A stretch of 64,000 nucleotides of DNA, taken from positions 25,530 to 89,529 of the IMG/VR virus record IMGVR_UViG_3300036770_003326. The stretch is one strand, 5' to 3'. Positions 48,453-61,800 of this stretch are shown here, one piece after another. Positions within the stretch are counted from its first letter, which is position 1. Each line of letters opens with the position of its first letter. Source of the DNA: a virus. The translations under genes were made by a program, and so were the position numbers. The notes under the pieces are model-generated. The model was not told the origin of the DNA. It did no database searches and saw only the letters and a list, made by a program, of their open reading frames with translations.

Positions 48453-48490
48453 AAGAACCCCCTTGATTAGGGGGTTTCTTTAAAAAAAAA
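48453..48490. terminator. Bidirectional terminator between convergent modules
   Basis: aagaaccccct / agggggtttctt hairpin with T- and A-tracts. Confidence 0.75.
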
Positions 48491-48503
48491 TTTGGCGGTT
48501 TCT

Positions 48504-51500
48504 TTACTCGTTATAATTTTCTGAAAAATCGTAATTTATTTCACTTGCAGTCTTTTTTTCAGATTCACTTCCATAACCTCCTAAAATATTACTAGGCAAT
48601 AACCAATCAAAAATCCACCTAGTTGCTGTCAAAGATTCTTTTTCAGGATCTTCAGGCTTCATAGTTTCGTAGTAAGTAGAATTTACTGTAGTTTTTACGT
48701 ATTGATTTTTTAGTTCTGGATAACGAAGCTCATAAATATTTTTAAATCCTGGTATTTTTCTCATTCTCCATCTTTGAGCATGAGTATATCCTTCATACAT
48801 ACCTGATTCATATACATCACCATTAAATATTTCCTTTATATCAGTAAGTTCTTGTAAAAATCTAGCACCTACTACAGGCTCTTTAATCATTTGAATTAAT
48901 TCTGCTGGGCTAAATCCTGCTCCTTGTTCTAATAATAAACGATTTAATTGATATGCAGTATATTGTGTTGTAAAATCATCATCGTCATCATCGTCTGCTC
49001 TAATATTTGCAAGAGCTGCTAGAATAGCTATAATATTTAAATACACTAAATCTAATGCTGTACGTAATACACCTTTTTGCTGTACAGGATCTAAAGAGTT
49101 ATATACTGCTAACGCAGAACGAGTATATTCTTTGCCTCTTAATTGCAAAAATACTTTAGATAAATAATCTGCAGTAGCATTAAAGTTACCCCACTCTTCT
49201 TCTTCTGTTACATAATTAACTCCTCTTTTTTTCAGCCTTGTGTCTACTAGATTTAAAAACCATCCACGGTGAATTAATAGAAAATCTCCCATCCAACTTC
49301 TAGATAATTTACCTTTATCTGTAGGTGCCATAGTACCATCAACATAATGAGTAACATAATCTATTTTATGTTTAGCGGCTGCTAGAACTCCAGGAGTCAC
49401 ATCTTTACTAAATTCTGGTTTTATTTTTAAATTTCCGTCTACAACTTCATGGGCGTTATATAAACTTTTTTCTCTCAAACTTTCCCATTTTTCTTGCATA
49501 GCTTTTTTATGGGCTTTATTATTTTGAGTATTATTTTCTTTGGCAGTTTTTTCTAAAAATTTAGATTTAGTAAGGAACTGGCCGTTATAAAATCTAATAT
49601 TATCTAGTACTGCTAAAGTAATTCTGCCTTTTAATGCAAAATCTGCTTGAGTATATCCTGTATACCATATATCAGAACTTGTTAAAGATCTTGTAGCTCT
49701 ATCACCAGTAGTTTGAAAAAGTATTTTTTGTAAATCAATAATGCCATTTTCTTGCATTATTAAATGCATCTTATTAGTTTTTTTGGCTTTACCTGCTTGT
49801 CCTAAAATCTCTCCCATATTTTTCATAAACTCAATACGGGACCAATTTTTACTTTCAGTAGTAGTATATTGGCCTAAAGTATCTTCTATAATACTATCAC
49901 CTGAACCTTTTAAATATCCTGATACAATAGTAGCATAGTTACCCGCTAAGTTTAGCTTTCTTACTGCTCCTGCAAGATTTCTAGATATTTTATCAAAAGA
50001 AAGTTCTTTGCCTTGCATTTTCTCAGGTAAAATAGCTCCTAAAAACTGTCCCATAAGACTATCTTTATTTCCTATAGTTACTCCAAGAGATGATTTTCTT
50101 TCTATATTATATACATAAGAATCCACTAAAGTTTCTAATGCTTGATATTCATTAGATTCTAGTCTTGATTTTCTTTTTTTACTGTCTAAATATTCTCCTG
50201 CAGCTAAAGTTCTTTGAATATTTCCTAACGGGCCCGCTATCTTATTCATTTCTTTAAAATTATCTGCCATTTCCGCAAAAATTGTAAAGGTTTTAGCTAC
50301 ATCTAAAGAAATTTGAGACATGTCTGTAGCAGTTTTTGTAAAATAAATAGGTACCATTTTATTATTCAAACTACTTACTTCTCCATATTCTGTATCATCT
50401 GGATCAAGAAATAACATATCGTGACCGACATCAGATACTCTACCAAAAAAACTTTTATCTCTATTTACTAGTTTTTCTATGTTGTTTTTTCTGATGTTTG
50501 GTAAAGAATAAATTAATCTTTCTGTTCGATATTGTACAGGAAGTTTATTAACTGCTTCTTTTTTAGTCTCTACTAGTTTATTATAATACTGAGCAAATGT
50601 AGGATTGCTCATAAGTTTTTCAAACTGTGGGTTTATATATTTATCTGCAGGAACAGAAATAGTATTACCGTCTTCATCAGTAGTTTGTTTAGTATTCTCT
50701 GCTCTAAATTTTTTCCAAGCATTATAGTAAACCTTTCTATCTTCTTCGTTTAATAATTCTACGCTTATTAGCGCATAACTTTCATATCCTAAATCTTTTG
50801 CCATTTGAGCTTTAGCAGCTTCCATAGCTTGGTAGTATTTATAATAATTATGCTTGCGAATTAAAAATCCAGTATTATTATTTTTATCATCTTTCTCAAA
50901 TAAATCATCTATTTTATGGTTAGATTTTAAAAATATTTCTTGAGAAGTTAAAATATTATTAGCTGTTTGAACAGAGAATTTTAATACTTTATCTTTGGCA
51001 TCTACTATTATTTTATGTGCAGCTTTTAATAATTTAGAACTAGCGTTTTTATAGTTACCTACCCAAAGCCTCCAACCACTTGTAACATCTTCTTGAATAG
51101 ATTCAAATTCTTTTTCAGCATTAAAATCAGGATCTATAACTTCACCATATTCGTTTCTATTAGTATCTTCTAAAAATTTAATTCCTATTACTTTACTAAT
51201 GGCATTATTAATTGCACGAGCTTCGCTAAGTAAACTTAGACTAGAATTTATTATTTCATAGTATTCTTTTTTATTTTCTGTTTCTAGTCCAGAAATTAGA
51301 ATATCTTCTTTAAACTTAGCAAATAAATCTTCGTACATTTTTACGAAGTCATTAATCATATTAGCATTATGAGCATCGTAGTTTTTATCTTTTTGTACTT
51401 TATTTAAATACTTAATAATACTTTCTATTTCTCCATTTGCTAGATTAGTAAAAGAAGCTATGCCTAGATCAAATTGGCCATTTTTTACCGTGTTTCTAAT

Positions 51501-52802
51501 TTTATTTAAATCTGTTCTAAGTCTAGTAATATCTGATTGAGATTTAGCAGAACGTTTAAATATTTCTATTCTATCTTCTAAAGTTTTAATAGCATTTTCT
51601 AAAAATTTTGCTTTTTGTTTCTCACTTTCAGGGACTGCTCTTGTTTCTTCATCATGCTCATCTATTTGCATCATGATGGCATTTTTATCTAATGCTTCAT
51701 AAGGAGTAGTATTCATTACTCCTAATGTTTCTTCATTTAAAATACTATTAGCTAATGGAATAATAGTTTTTTCTAGATCTATTCTTGCCGCACTATTTTT
51801 TCTAAAGTTACTAGCTACCCAATTAAAAAACTTAGCTCCTAAATCATATAGTTGGGTCCAAATATTTTTACCGTCTCTATTTTTTTGAGAGTTTTTAAAC
51901 TGCGTTACTATTTCCATAGCAAGCATTTTTGCTAATGCTTCTTTTCTAAAATCTATTTCTTCGTCGTAAATATCTTTATACTCTTGCTTTACTTTAGCAT
52001 AAATGTCAGTAGTAGCTATGTTCTGTAAGGCTCTTGCTACAGAAGGATCTGACTCTAGCATTTCGATAGCAAAGTGAGAAACTTCTTCTGCTAATGTATC
52101 TATACGGGCTCCATCTGCAATAGCAATTAAATTTTTTGCAAAGTCAGCAATACCTAAAGCACTTTCATCATAACGATCTGGAAATTTTTCCATTACAGTT
52201 TTTAGAGCTTGTACAGATATTCCATGTTTTCTTGCCCAAGACATTAATTTTTTATCTAACTCTTCTACTCTTGACTCTAATGTTTGTGGATTTTTTTGTC
52301 GAAACATTCCTCCTGCATAAGGAGAATAATAATTGTCTAATGTTACAGGAGCATTTTTATATCCTGCTACATAATAATTTCCAGTATTATTACTTTTACG
52401 TAATTCCCAAGTAGCGTCTCCAATTTCATCAGAAAGTTTTCGCAATTCTTTATTTATATTAGATATGTCTTCAGCAGAAAGATTCTTACCTGCTACTTTT
52501 TTAAAGAAAATATCTCTAGCTTTTTGTTGGTATAATTTAGCTTGTTCTCTTTGATAAAAAATAGTGCTAGTAGCTTGCTCTTTTTTTATTTCTACTTCAT
52601 TCCAAGTATTACCGTATTCATCTTTTAAAGTTGCATTGATGGTACCTGGAGCAATATTTAATTGTTCTAGAGTAGGAAAATCAGTGGTATTGTTTTCTTC
52701 CATCCATACAGACATTTTTGCTTTTAAAATAGCAGGTTTTAAATCTGATTGTTGTAATAGATTTAAGTATTCAGGATGGTTAATATTTATACAATAAGAC
52801 AT
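48504..52802 (-). CDS. Large virion cargo/ejection protein with degenerate zincin-like motif
   Basis: About 1430 aa (likely start MSYC); TLAEEVSHF motif; adjacent to the virion RNAP gene. Confidence 0.6.
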   Translation of the reverse strand: MSYCININHPEYLNLLQQSDLKPAILKAKMSVWMEENNTTDFPTLEQLNIAPGTINATLKDEYGNTWNEVEIKKEQATSTIFYQREQAKLYQQKARDIFFKKVAGKNLSAEDISNINKELRKLSDEIGDATWELRKSNNTGNYYVAGYKNAPVTLDNYYSPYAGGMFRQKNPQTLESRVEELDKKLMSWARKHGISVQALKTVMEKFPDRYDESALGIADFAKNLIAIADGARIDTLAEEVSHFAIEMLESDPSVARALQNIATTDIYAKVKQEYKDIYDEEIDFRKEALAKMLAMEIVTQFKNSQKNRDGKNIWTQLYDLGAKFFNWVASNFRKNSAARIDLEKTIIPLANSILNEETLGVMNTTPYEALDKNAIMMQIDEHDEETRAVPESEKQKAKFLENAIKTLEDRIEIFKRSAKSQSDITRLRTDLNKIRNTVKNGQFDLGIASFTNLANGEIESIIKYLNKVQKDKNYDAHNANMINDFVKMYEDLFAKFKEDILISGLETENKKEYYEIINSSLSLLSEARAINNAISKVIGIKFLEDTNRNEYGEVIDPDFNAEKEFESIQEDVTSGWRLWVGNYKNASSKLLKAAHKIIVDAKDKVLKFSVQTANNILTSQEIFLKSNHKIDDLFEKDDKNNNTGFLIRKHNYYKYYQAMEAAKAQMAKDLGYESYALISVELLNEEDRKVYYNAWKKFRAENTKQTTDEDGNTISVPADKYINPQFEKLMSNPTFAQYYNKLVETKKEAVNKLPVQYRTERLIYSLPNIRKNNIEKLVNRDKSFFGRVSDVGHDMLFLDPDDTEYGEVSSLNNKMVPIYFTKTATDMSQISLDVAKTFTIFAEMADNFKEMNKIAGPLGNIQRTLAAGEYLDSKKRKSRLESNEYQALETLVDSYVYNIERKSSLGVTIGNKDSLMGQFLGAILPEKMQGKELSFDKISRNLAGAVRKLNLAGNYATIVSGYLKGSGDSIIEDTLGQYTTTESKNWSRIEFMKNMGEILGQAGKAKKTNKMHLIMQENGIIDLQKILFQTTGDRATRSLTSSDIWYTGYTQADFALKGRITLAVLDNIRFYNGQFLTKSKFLEKTAKENNTQNNKAHKKAMQEKWESLREKSLYNAHEVVDGNLKIKPEFSKDVTPGVLAAAKHKIDYVTHYVDGTMAPTDKGKLSRSWMGDFLLIHRGWFLNLVDTRLKKRGVNYVTEEEEWGNFNATADYLSKVFLQLRGKEYTRSALAVYNSLDPVQQKGVLRTALDLVYLNIIAILAALANIRADDDDDDDFTTQYTAYQLNRLLLEQGAGFSPAELIQMIKEPVVGARFLQELTDIKEIFNGDVYESGMYEGYTHAQRWRMRKIPGFKNIYELRYPELKNQYVKTTVNSTYYETMKPEDPEKESLTATRWIFDWLLPSNILGGYGSESEKKTASEINYDFSENYNE

Positions 52803-52813
52803 AATTATAAACT

Positions 52814-55800
52814 TTAATAACAATTTTTAGCTTGCCAAATAGCAGCTTTTTGTTCTTTCTCTGATAAAGATAAAAATTCTTCTTGAGAAAGTAATCCTAA
52901 TTCTATAGCACCTTCTTTATTAATTTTCATAAGGTCATTCATAGCTTTTCTATAATCTTCCCAATTATTTGTAGCACTACCTTGTTGTTGAGATGTAGTA
53001 GGTTGAATAGATAAATAAGCATCATTAAGAGCTTCAATAAACCAATTCTGGCCACCAGTTTCCCAAACTGTATTTGCTTTAGTAGGTTGGTGAGTAGAAG
53101 CTAGTATCCAAGCAGAACCTCCTTGTTTAGTTATTTCTGAAACTAATCCAGGATGCTGTTGTAGTTTAGCTGTTATCAAATCTACCATTAGTTTATAGTT
53201 TTTGCTATTTTCTTTAGTAGGTTTTGTTTGAGATTCAGATTTATCTTTTAATGATTGGTAAGCTGATTCAACATCTTTATAAGTTTTACCATTAAATTCT
53301 ATAGGATAAGATTGAGTAAGATTATCCTTAGATTTAGCTAACTCTGTTGGGTTAGTAAGTGCTGCTGCTAAACCTTTAGCATTAGAACTTATTTCTATTC
53401 CTCTTAGTGCAGCAGCTCCAGACATTAAATCAGCAAGATTTTGACTAGGCATTTCATTAGGATCTAGTATAACTCCAAATGGATTTTCTTTTTCTGTTTT
53501 AATAGACTCAACATTTTTTGTTATTTCTTCTATATCTACAGGTAAGCTAGGCATTCCTGAAAGTCCTAGAATATCTCCTTTATCAGTTTTTGGATCATTT
53601 GGATCTTTTTTAACAGGAGCTACAGTAGTAGGCATAAATTCCATAGCGCCTTCTATAGCCATTAAGTCCATTAAATCAGGTGCAGATTCTATTAGAGCAT
53701 TTTCTACTGCTAACATTTGGTCTCCTAATTTTTTAGGGGCTCCTTTTACAGCATCATTATAATCAAAGGCTATGTCAATAACAACTGGTTTAATTATATC
53801 ATTATAATAATCATATTCTAAAATAAAATTAGTGTATCCAGAAGTATTTACAGGTTGATAAACTACTACATCAGGAGCAGAAAAAGTTCCATATTCTAAA
53901 GGATTTTGGAATCTTCTTTCTACATATTTATATAGTTTAACTTCTCCTTTTTTGTTTGTTTCTTTTATATAAGGAACTGGTGGATTATTTTCACCAAATG
54001 GAAAATACTCTTTGTTAGAGTTAATCAACATTACTATAGCACCTTTAGAAGTTTTTACACTACCTTTTTCTCTAGCTAATTTTACAATAGCAGTTTCTCT
54101 ATCTTCATCAGTAAGTAATTCTTTTTCTTGATTCTTATCTAAATACTTACCTATTTCAATAGTAGGTACAAAAGTCTCTCTACCTGCATTATTTTTAATA
54201 AATTGATCAATAAACCTATTTGTTATTATTCCTTCGTCAGCTATTAATTTTTCATTAGGTACATTAGATTTTTTAGGCGCAATTGTATTACTATCTAAGA
54301 AAGATCTTAAAAATCTATTAAAAGTTGTTCCTTCTTTAGATAAAATATTATTTTCTCTTTGAAATTTATCAGTCCAAAATTCTAACGGAATTAATTTAGC
54401 AAATGAATAAGGACTAAATCCAAAACCTTGAGCAAAATAAGTATATTTTATTAAATCTAATCCTAGAGTTTTTACATCTGGATCAGAGTCTTTAATCATT
54501 CTTTCCCACAAGTATTTAATAGCTTCGATCTCTGCAGGAGTTTTACCTGTATTATAAAATTCTATGCGCTTTAATTTAAAAGTATTGTCAGCTTCTTTTA
54601 TATATAACTGATCCACAAAATCTCTTAATGGACTATCAGCAGGTAAACTTTTCTTAAATGCTTGTAGTCTTTCAGGAACTTTTTGTAAAATATCTTTAGC
54701 TTGAGAATAATTAAAAAATGGAAACGCACTAGCTATAAAATCTAAAAATTGAGTGTCTACCATCTTAGCCTCTTTTTCTGTTAAGCCAGATTTAAGTTTG
54801 TTGTTTCCTATAATTCTTTTAATATTTCCTAAAACACTATAAATTAGTTTTTTATTACTTTCATTATATACTCCGATAGACGGAAATATTTGATTCATAA
54901 TATTTATAGGCTTAATAATACCATATAAATTACTAGCAGGATTCATTAATTGATTGCTTTTTGTTTCAAGCATTTCATCTAATCCTTCTATTAAATTATC
55001 TCCACTACTAATTTTATCATAAATAGCCTGTTGTTTCTGTATAAGTACAAAGTTTGCTGAAGAATTTATTCCTAGTCCTGTTACATCTATTTTAGATGCC
55101 ATAATTCCTTCATTAAGTTCTAGAGCTATTTTATTAATAGCATCAAAAGCATTTAACATTTGTAGCTGAAACTCATAATATTCTTTAGTATTTTGTGGAG
55201 TAATATTTTTTTCTAAGTCTTCTAGATTTAAAGTACTATCCCATGCAGTTTTTAATTCCCCTCCATATCTTTTTTTAGCAGCAGTTGTCCATCTTTTTCT
55301 GATCTCTGCCATCATATTTTTTTCTGACATTGACCCTTTATTTATATAGTACAATTTGGTCAATGCTATTATAGAAGGTTGGTTTATAAATGCAAATACT
55401 GTGTCTTCATCTATTCCCAAACGTTCTAGTAATGCAATAGTATTAGCAGTATAAGTGTTCATGTTTAAGAAAGATGCAATAGGATCCTTTGCGTTATCTA
55501 CAACAGCTGCTAAATCTGTTGCTAAAATTCTAGAAATCCTTTTGCCATCTACATAAGCATTGTTAAGTGCTTGGTAGTTTTTATTATTAACTTTTAAAGG
55601 ATTTTTCAATCTTAAATTAGTATATTGAGCCTTAGCATGATGCACATTATGATTAGCAAAAATACCAATAAGCTTTTTACCCATCATATTACGATTAAAT
55701 AATTCTAATTGAGTACTTGGGTAATTAAAATCTAAGTCTTGAGTAACATCTAATTTTTCTGCAGCTTGTCTTAAAGCATCTCCTTTTAATCTAGCCTCTT

Positions 55801-58800
55801 CTATTTTTCCTGCTTTTAATAACCTAATTTTTGCTGCTCTATCTTTTAAGCTTTCAAAATTACCAGGGTTTAAAATAGCTGTTGCAGTATTTTTATTTGA
55901 TAGAATACTTTGAATAATATCTATTTTTAAATTATCTCTAGATTTTTTAGTGCTGTATTCAGTAGCATTAAATTCTTTACTTTCTAAAATATCTGCTATT
56001 AATTCTAAATTTGGTTTAGATAGTTTAAGAATATTTCCTTTAGTTAAATCAAAAGAAGCAACTTCTTCATTAAAATATTCATAAAGATCATCTATTATTT
56101 CTTGTTGCTGTTGGTATAAATAATTATCAGCTAAATCAGTTTTAAGTTTTTTAATTTCATCTCTAACTTCTTTAGCTTTAGAAATGTCTTGTTTGATTCC
56201 TTCTATTTCTTTACTAGTTTTTTCATTATTTATTTGAGCTTCAGTTGCTTGTCTTCTGCTGTCAAGAATTTTTTCTATAGTTTTTTTGTCTTTTACATAT
56301 AATTCTAAAAATCTTTTTAAGTCTTTAAAACTAGAGTAAATATTTTCTGCATAAGATAAAGCTTCTTCTCTATTACTAGGTTTTTTAACGTATTCAATTA
56401 CTTTAGGAATTCCCTTAGAGTTTACATAAAACTCCCTAGCCATAAAATATAATTTGTCAATGTCAAAGTCAAGTCCTGCAATAGTAGTAATCTCTCTAGG
56501 CAAAATTACTGTACCTCCCATAGATGGAGGAGTAAACCCTACTATTTCTATATTAAACATAGAGTATTTATCTTCTGTAGGAATTCTATAGCCTATTATT
56601 CTTAAAAGATCTGGAGCTTTTTCCTTAATAAATTCTATATCTACTTTACCATCTGGGGTTAGAGGAAAATATTTTTTAGAACTATGAGGCAATAAAGCTT
56701 GATAAGTAACAGTTCCTGTAACAGGGTCTACTATTGTTTTTAGTTTATTACTAACTCCAAATGAAGTAGTGTTAATTAAGTTACCTCCTTTAATCTTTTG
56801 TTTAGTAATTCTATTTCTAAATATAGAATTCATTAAAGATTCTACTGTATATAATAACATAGGGTGATACAAAGGCATTTTTGTTTCATATCCTATTTGT
56901 TCACCATTTGCTAGTACAGGAATTGCCTGTATAGCATCTAAATAATCTTGTCCTAATTCTCTTGCAATTACTTCTCTGCGGAGTTCTGCTGTAATTTTTG
57001 GCCAGTTTAATTTATTGTCACTATCTAGAAATATTTTTTCTACTTCTTTATAACTTTCTTTTAAGTCTTGTACTATAGTATTTTGATATATTCTAGCAAT
57101 ATCTCTTCCTTTATAAGTTTTTCCTAAAAGATTATAATCACCATCTAGATTTAAATCTCCTAAAATTAATTGTTTAATTTGAGTACCAAATCCAGCACGC
57201 TCATCTATATAGTGAGAAGGAGTCTCTTGTTGTAATCTCCAATCTTCTGTAGGTAATTCGTGAATATAAGTATTGTCTGATAAAACATATTTATCATCTT
57301 TTAAATTATATTCTCCAAATCTTACTTTGCCTTTAGCGTTTACAGAGTTACCTACTCCACCTACTTTTACTGCAGACTCAAACATTGCTACAGTAAACTT
57401 ACCTGCTTCCATGTCGTTATATAAAGCCATTAATTCAGGGGAAGTTTCTGCAAATGATCTTGTTAATACAGTCTCTGCGTTTTTAATTTGGATAGGTATT
57501 TGTTTTCCTGCTACAGTAATTTGAGTATATATAAAAGGTTTTTCTGGCTTAAATGGAGGATTAATTAGCATTAAATCTTCTATAGTTTCTTTTCCTGCTA
57601 AAATTCTTTGATGAGCAAGCTCATGTTCAGGTGTCCATCTATTTAACGATTCTAGCTGTTCTTTTCTCCTATTTGGGTGAATATAAGTAGCACCGTCTGT
57701 TTCGTTGTTACCGTCGCTTTTTTCAGTCTTAGCTGTCCAAAATACAGACAACTCTTTCTTTTCCTGCGGAGTTAAATTAGTACTAGAATTTATAATACTC
57801 AAAATATGATCTGCAGTTTGTTTTTCTGTAGGCTGAATACTATCGTTTAGTATTATTGCTTTATAATAAGTAGGCAAATTACTAGTATCTCCGTAGGTTC
57901 CTGGTGAAACTACTTGAGCAAAACGTTTTTGAATATCTCCTAAATTTTTATAGAAACTAGGATCACCAGCAAGTAAAGTACTTAGCTGAGTGTTCATATA
58001 ATAAGTGTTTACTAGATAGTCTTTAAAGAAAGTAGTCCTGTCATCTTTTTTAATATTAGTATCTATAAATCTTTCTACAAAACTAAACTCACCAGTTGCC
58101 TCGTTTATTCCAGTTATTATACCTGCATCTTTATATTTTTCAATTTGTTTAGCAAGGAAGCCATTTGTATTTACATCATAAGATAAAAACTCATCTATGA
58201 TAGCCCTTACTTCATTACGATTAAAAGCAGCAGTTGTGCTTACTTTGCCATTTAAAAATCCTAATATCTTAAATTCAGTACTGTTTTTAAAATAATTTGG
58301 AATTAATCTTAATAAAGAAGACTTGTTTAGTTTTTTATTAGTAATTATTCTGTTAAATTCTAATGCTGCAACATCAGTAAGTTTATCTACTACTTCTTCT
58401 CTTGTATATTTTTTGGCTTTAACATATGGCAAAGTAGATTTATCTGCAGGTATAGGAAGTTTATAGTAAGCAGATTCTCTAGCATTACTATTTGAGTACA
58501 TTGCTAAATTACATGTTTCTAATTCAATGTCACTCATATCTGTATACCCTGCAGATTTTCTTTTTCCTTTTCTAGTAAACCCATCTAAAATAACTACATC
58601 TAAATCTTTTTGTAAATTATTAGTAGTATCTTGAAGATCTTTTATAAATGGCATTTCTGACATTAATTGGTCAGCTCCTATTTTTTCTAAGTAAGCATTT
58701 AATTTATCAGAATCTTTATAAGTTTCAAAGTGTTTATTAATAAAACCAGAAGCAATTAAGTTATGTACAGTCTCGTTATCAATATTTCTAAAACTAGAAA

Positions 58801-61800
58801 CTACTTCTTTTTCTGCTGCAGGTTGTAGAATATTAGCTAATTTTTCTACTAAAGATTTTGCATTTTCTTTATCTCTTAAATTAGTTCCAATTACTTCATC
58901 ACTGCTAGGTTTTAAGAAAGTAAATGGATTAGAATTTTGTGTAAGTGCAATTGCTATATTTTCTACAGCTGTTAAAAATTGACCTATGTTTCTCCAATTT
59001 CCAGTTTCTCCTCTTGGTATCCAAATATTATGTAACTGATCTTCTGTAATAGAAATATTGTAATCACTTAAAACTTTTTCTATGTCTTTAAATAACTCCT
59101 CTTTCTTACCTGGAGTTTGCCATAAACCTGAATTTTGAGAAGCCGTTCTCATTGCTGCGACATCTTGATAAAATTTATTAGCCTCTTCTAAATTTATTAT
59201 TTCAGGATTGTATTTACCATCAGTTACAAATATTTTATTACTTGGATCCAAAAATTCACTAATTAAAACGTCACGAATCATACTATCAAGAGTACGTCTG
59301 TTGGATCTAAATACTTTCATAACTCCATTATCTTCTTGGATAGTCATAAAAGTTGCGTAATTTTTCTGCCCCATTGCTACCCAAAAGTCAGTAGCTAATT
59401 TTGGATTTTGATCTATTGCTGCTAAAATATCTTTTATGTAAGGACGGTTAAGTTCTTTTAACTTATCCATCATATCTTTCATAGTATAGCTATTAGAAAG
59501 CTTAGAGATCAAATAACTATATACTACATTAGCTTTTTCGTATTCTTCTACTCCTAAGCTGTTAATAACCTTACTTGCATTTTTTCTATTAGACTTATAT
59601 TTAGGCAATCTAGAAAGCAAGTTTTTTAATTGATGGCTAAGACTTTCTCTTGCATTTACTGTTATATAAGATTTATCATAAGATTGTTCTTCAGTAGTAG
59701 TACCTTCATTTAAGTCATCAAAAATGGTAGTATTTTCTTCTTCTCTTGTTTTAGAAATGCCATTATAATTTTTGGCTTCATTGTCAAGAGTAATGTAAAT
59801 ATTTCTTTCTCTTAAAGTATTATTAAATAATTCTAACAGTATAGTATTTCCTGTAAAAGCATAAAAAGTAGTGTCCCCTTCTTTGATCTTAGTGCTTTTG
59901 CTACCACCCTCTGTTAATATTTGATATAGTTTATATAATCTTTTTGCTATATCAGGTTTAGTACTTTGTGTTTTAGCAATTGTACCAGCAAGTCTTGTTA
60001 ATAATAAACTATAAAATTTATCTACACCAATTTTATTAATAATTTCTGCTTCACTCATTATGCTATCTGGATCTATTTTAGATCTTTCATTATCTAAAAT
60101 TTTTTCCATTGAACGTTTTAAATAAGTAAATGCATGTTCTCTTTCTATAGGATTTTCATATCTATAAATATTTTCTGCATCTTTTAAAGATGTTCTTGCT
60201 TTAAAACTAGTATTTTTAAATTTAATCTTATTGGCATAAGTACCTAGATTTATATTCTCAAATAAATCATCTATGTTAGGACTGTTTTTAGTATAAAAGC
60301 CTTTTAACATTTTATACATACCAACAAATTGTTTAGCTATTGCATCTTTAGATTTTACAGTGCCTTTAGTTATTCCTACTAAAATATCTAGAGGAGTTAC
60401 CATACTTTTTTGTACTTCACTTCTAAAATCTAAATACCCATAACTTTTTTGTTTTCCTTCTAATTCTTTAGCAGCTATAGTAAAGTCTACAAATTTATCT
60501 GCGAGTAATTCTTCTACAACTTTATAATTAGCTAATTGTTTATACTCTTTGCCATTTTTAACTATTGTTTCTAATGGCAATTCATCTTTATATTTTTCGT
60601 ATGCCTCATTAATTAATTGCATACGAGTTTTTAAAGGCAATGCTAAATTAAACACAACGTGAAAAGCTTCGTGGTAAGTAGTGCCTTCTTCAGTATTTTC
60701 CCATAAATACATTGCTGCTTCAGTAAATAGTCCATGAAGAACTTTACCCTGGCGCCTAGCTTCTACAAGCATTTCCCAAGTTTCTTTAGGTAAATAGTTT
60801 TTAAGATTTTCAAAATCTCTAAACATTCTTACATTTCCTTTTACTCTATCTGTCTTTTCAGTTTTATTTTTTCTTCGAGTATAGTTTTCTCCAAATACTT
60901 TTTTCAAGTATTCTACAGCTTTTTCTTTATCTAATTTTATTTCTTCTGGAGTATCTCTAGGCTCTGCTAGTTTTGTTCTTATATTGTCATCTTGAAATGA
61001 ATCAGCATCATCTCCAAACTCATCTACATCATCAAATAAACCTGTAGGTACATCTTCTTCATTAGCAATAATGTCTCCAGAAACTGCCATTAAATCTTCT
61101 AAAGTTTGACCACTTGGTATTCCTAAAATATTGTCTACAGTTTCTTCTACTTCTGATTCTGCAGTTTGAGTTAAATATTCTTCTGCAGCTGCTGTAATAA
61201 TACTAGTTTTAGGTTTAGCTGATGATATTTCAAAAGTATTTTTAATATCTTCTAATTGAGATTCTATATCTGCTCTTAGTTCTTCTGTTAAATCTGCTGA
61301 TAAATCAAATTCATAATTACCTACTACTGAATTATATTCTTCTATAGTAGGATTAGGATTATTTAAAAGAGCTTGCGCATCTTTAGAAAAATCTGTAATA
61401 GGATTTTTTAATTTAATTCTTTTTTTAGTAATAGTTTTATTTATAGTAGAACTAGTAGTTGGAGTACCTTCTAAAGCAGCTAGTTCTGCATTAACATTCT
61501 TTATTTTGTTATCAAAGAATGATGTATCATTACTAGTAAAAGTACCTGTAGATGGGTCAAATTTTCCTTTAAACTTATCATACAAGTCAAGCTGTTGTTG
61601 CTTCTTCGTCTGATAAGATTTTTTTAGATTCTCTAAATCCTCTTTGGTTACATTACTCCAAAACTTATCAAAATCAACATTTTCTATTGTATCTCTTGTC
61701 CCAACTATAGAGTCTGCATTTGTTATTCCTTGTTTAGCTAATCTATCCCAAACAATGTCAATAACCTCTTGACCTAGAGCTATCTTAGCTTCTACATCAG

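Noticed and set aside
1256-57524. Numerous short antisense ORFs in the track (e.g. 5171, 5440, 6143, 7066, 8711, 14413, 17204, 23119, 30390, 36254, 40718, 52136, 57273)
   Set aside because: They lie wholly opposite well-supported genes and have no recognisable motifs.
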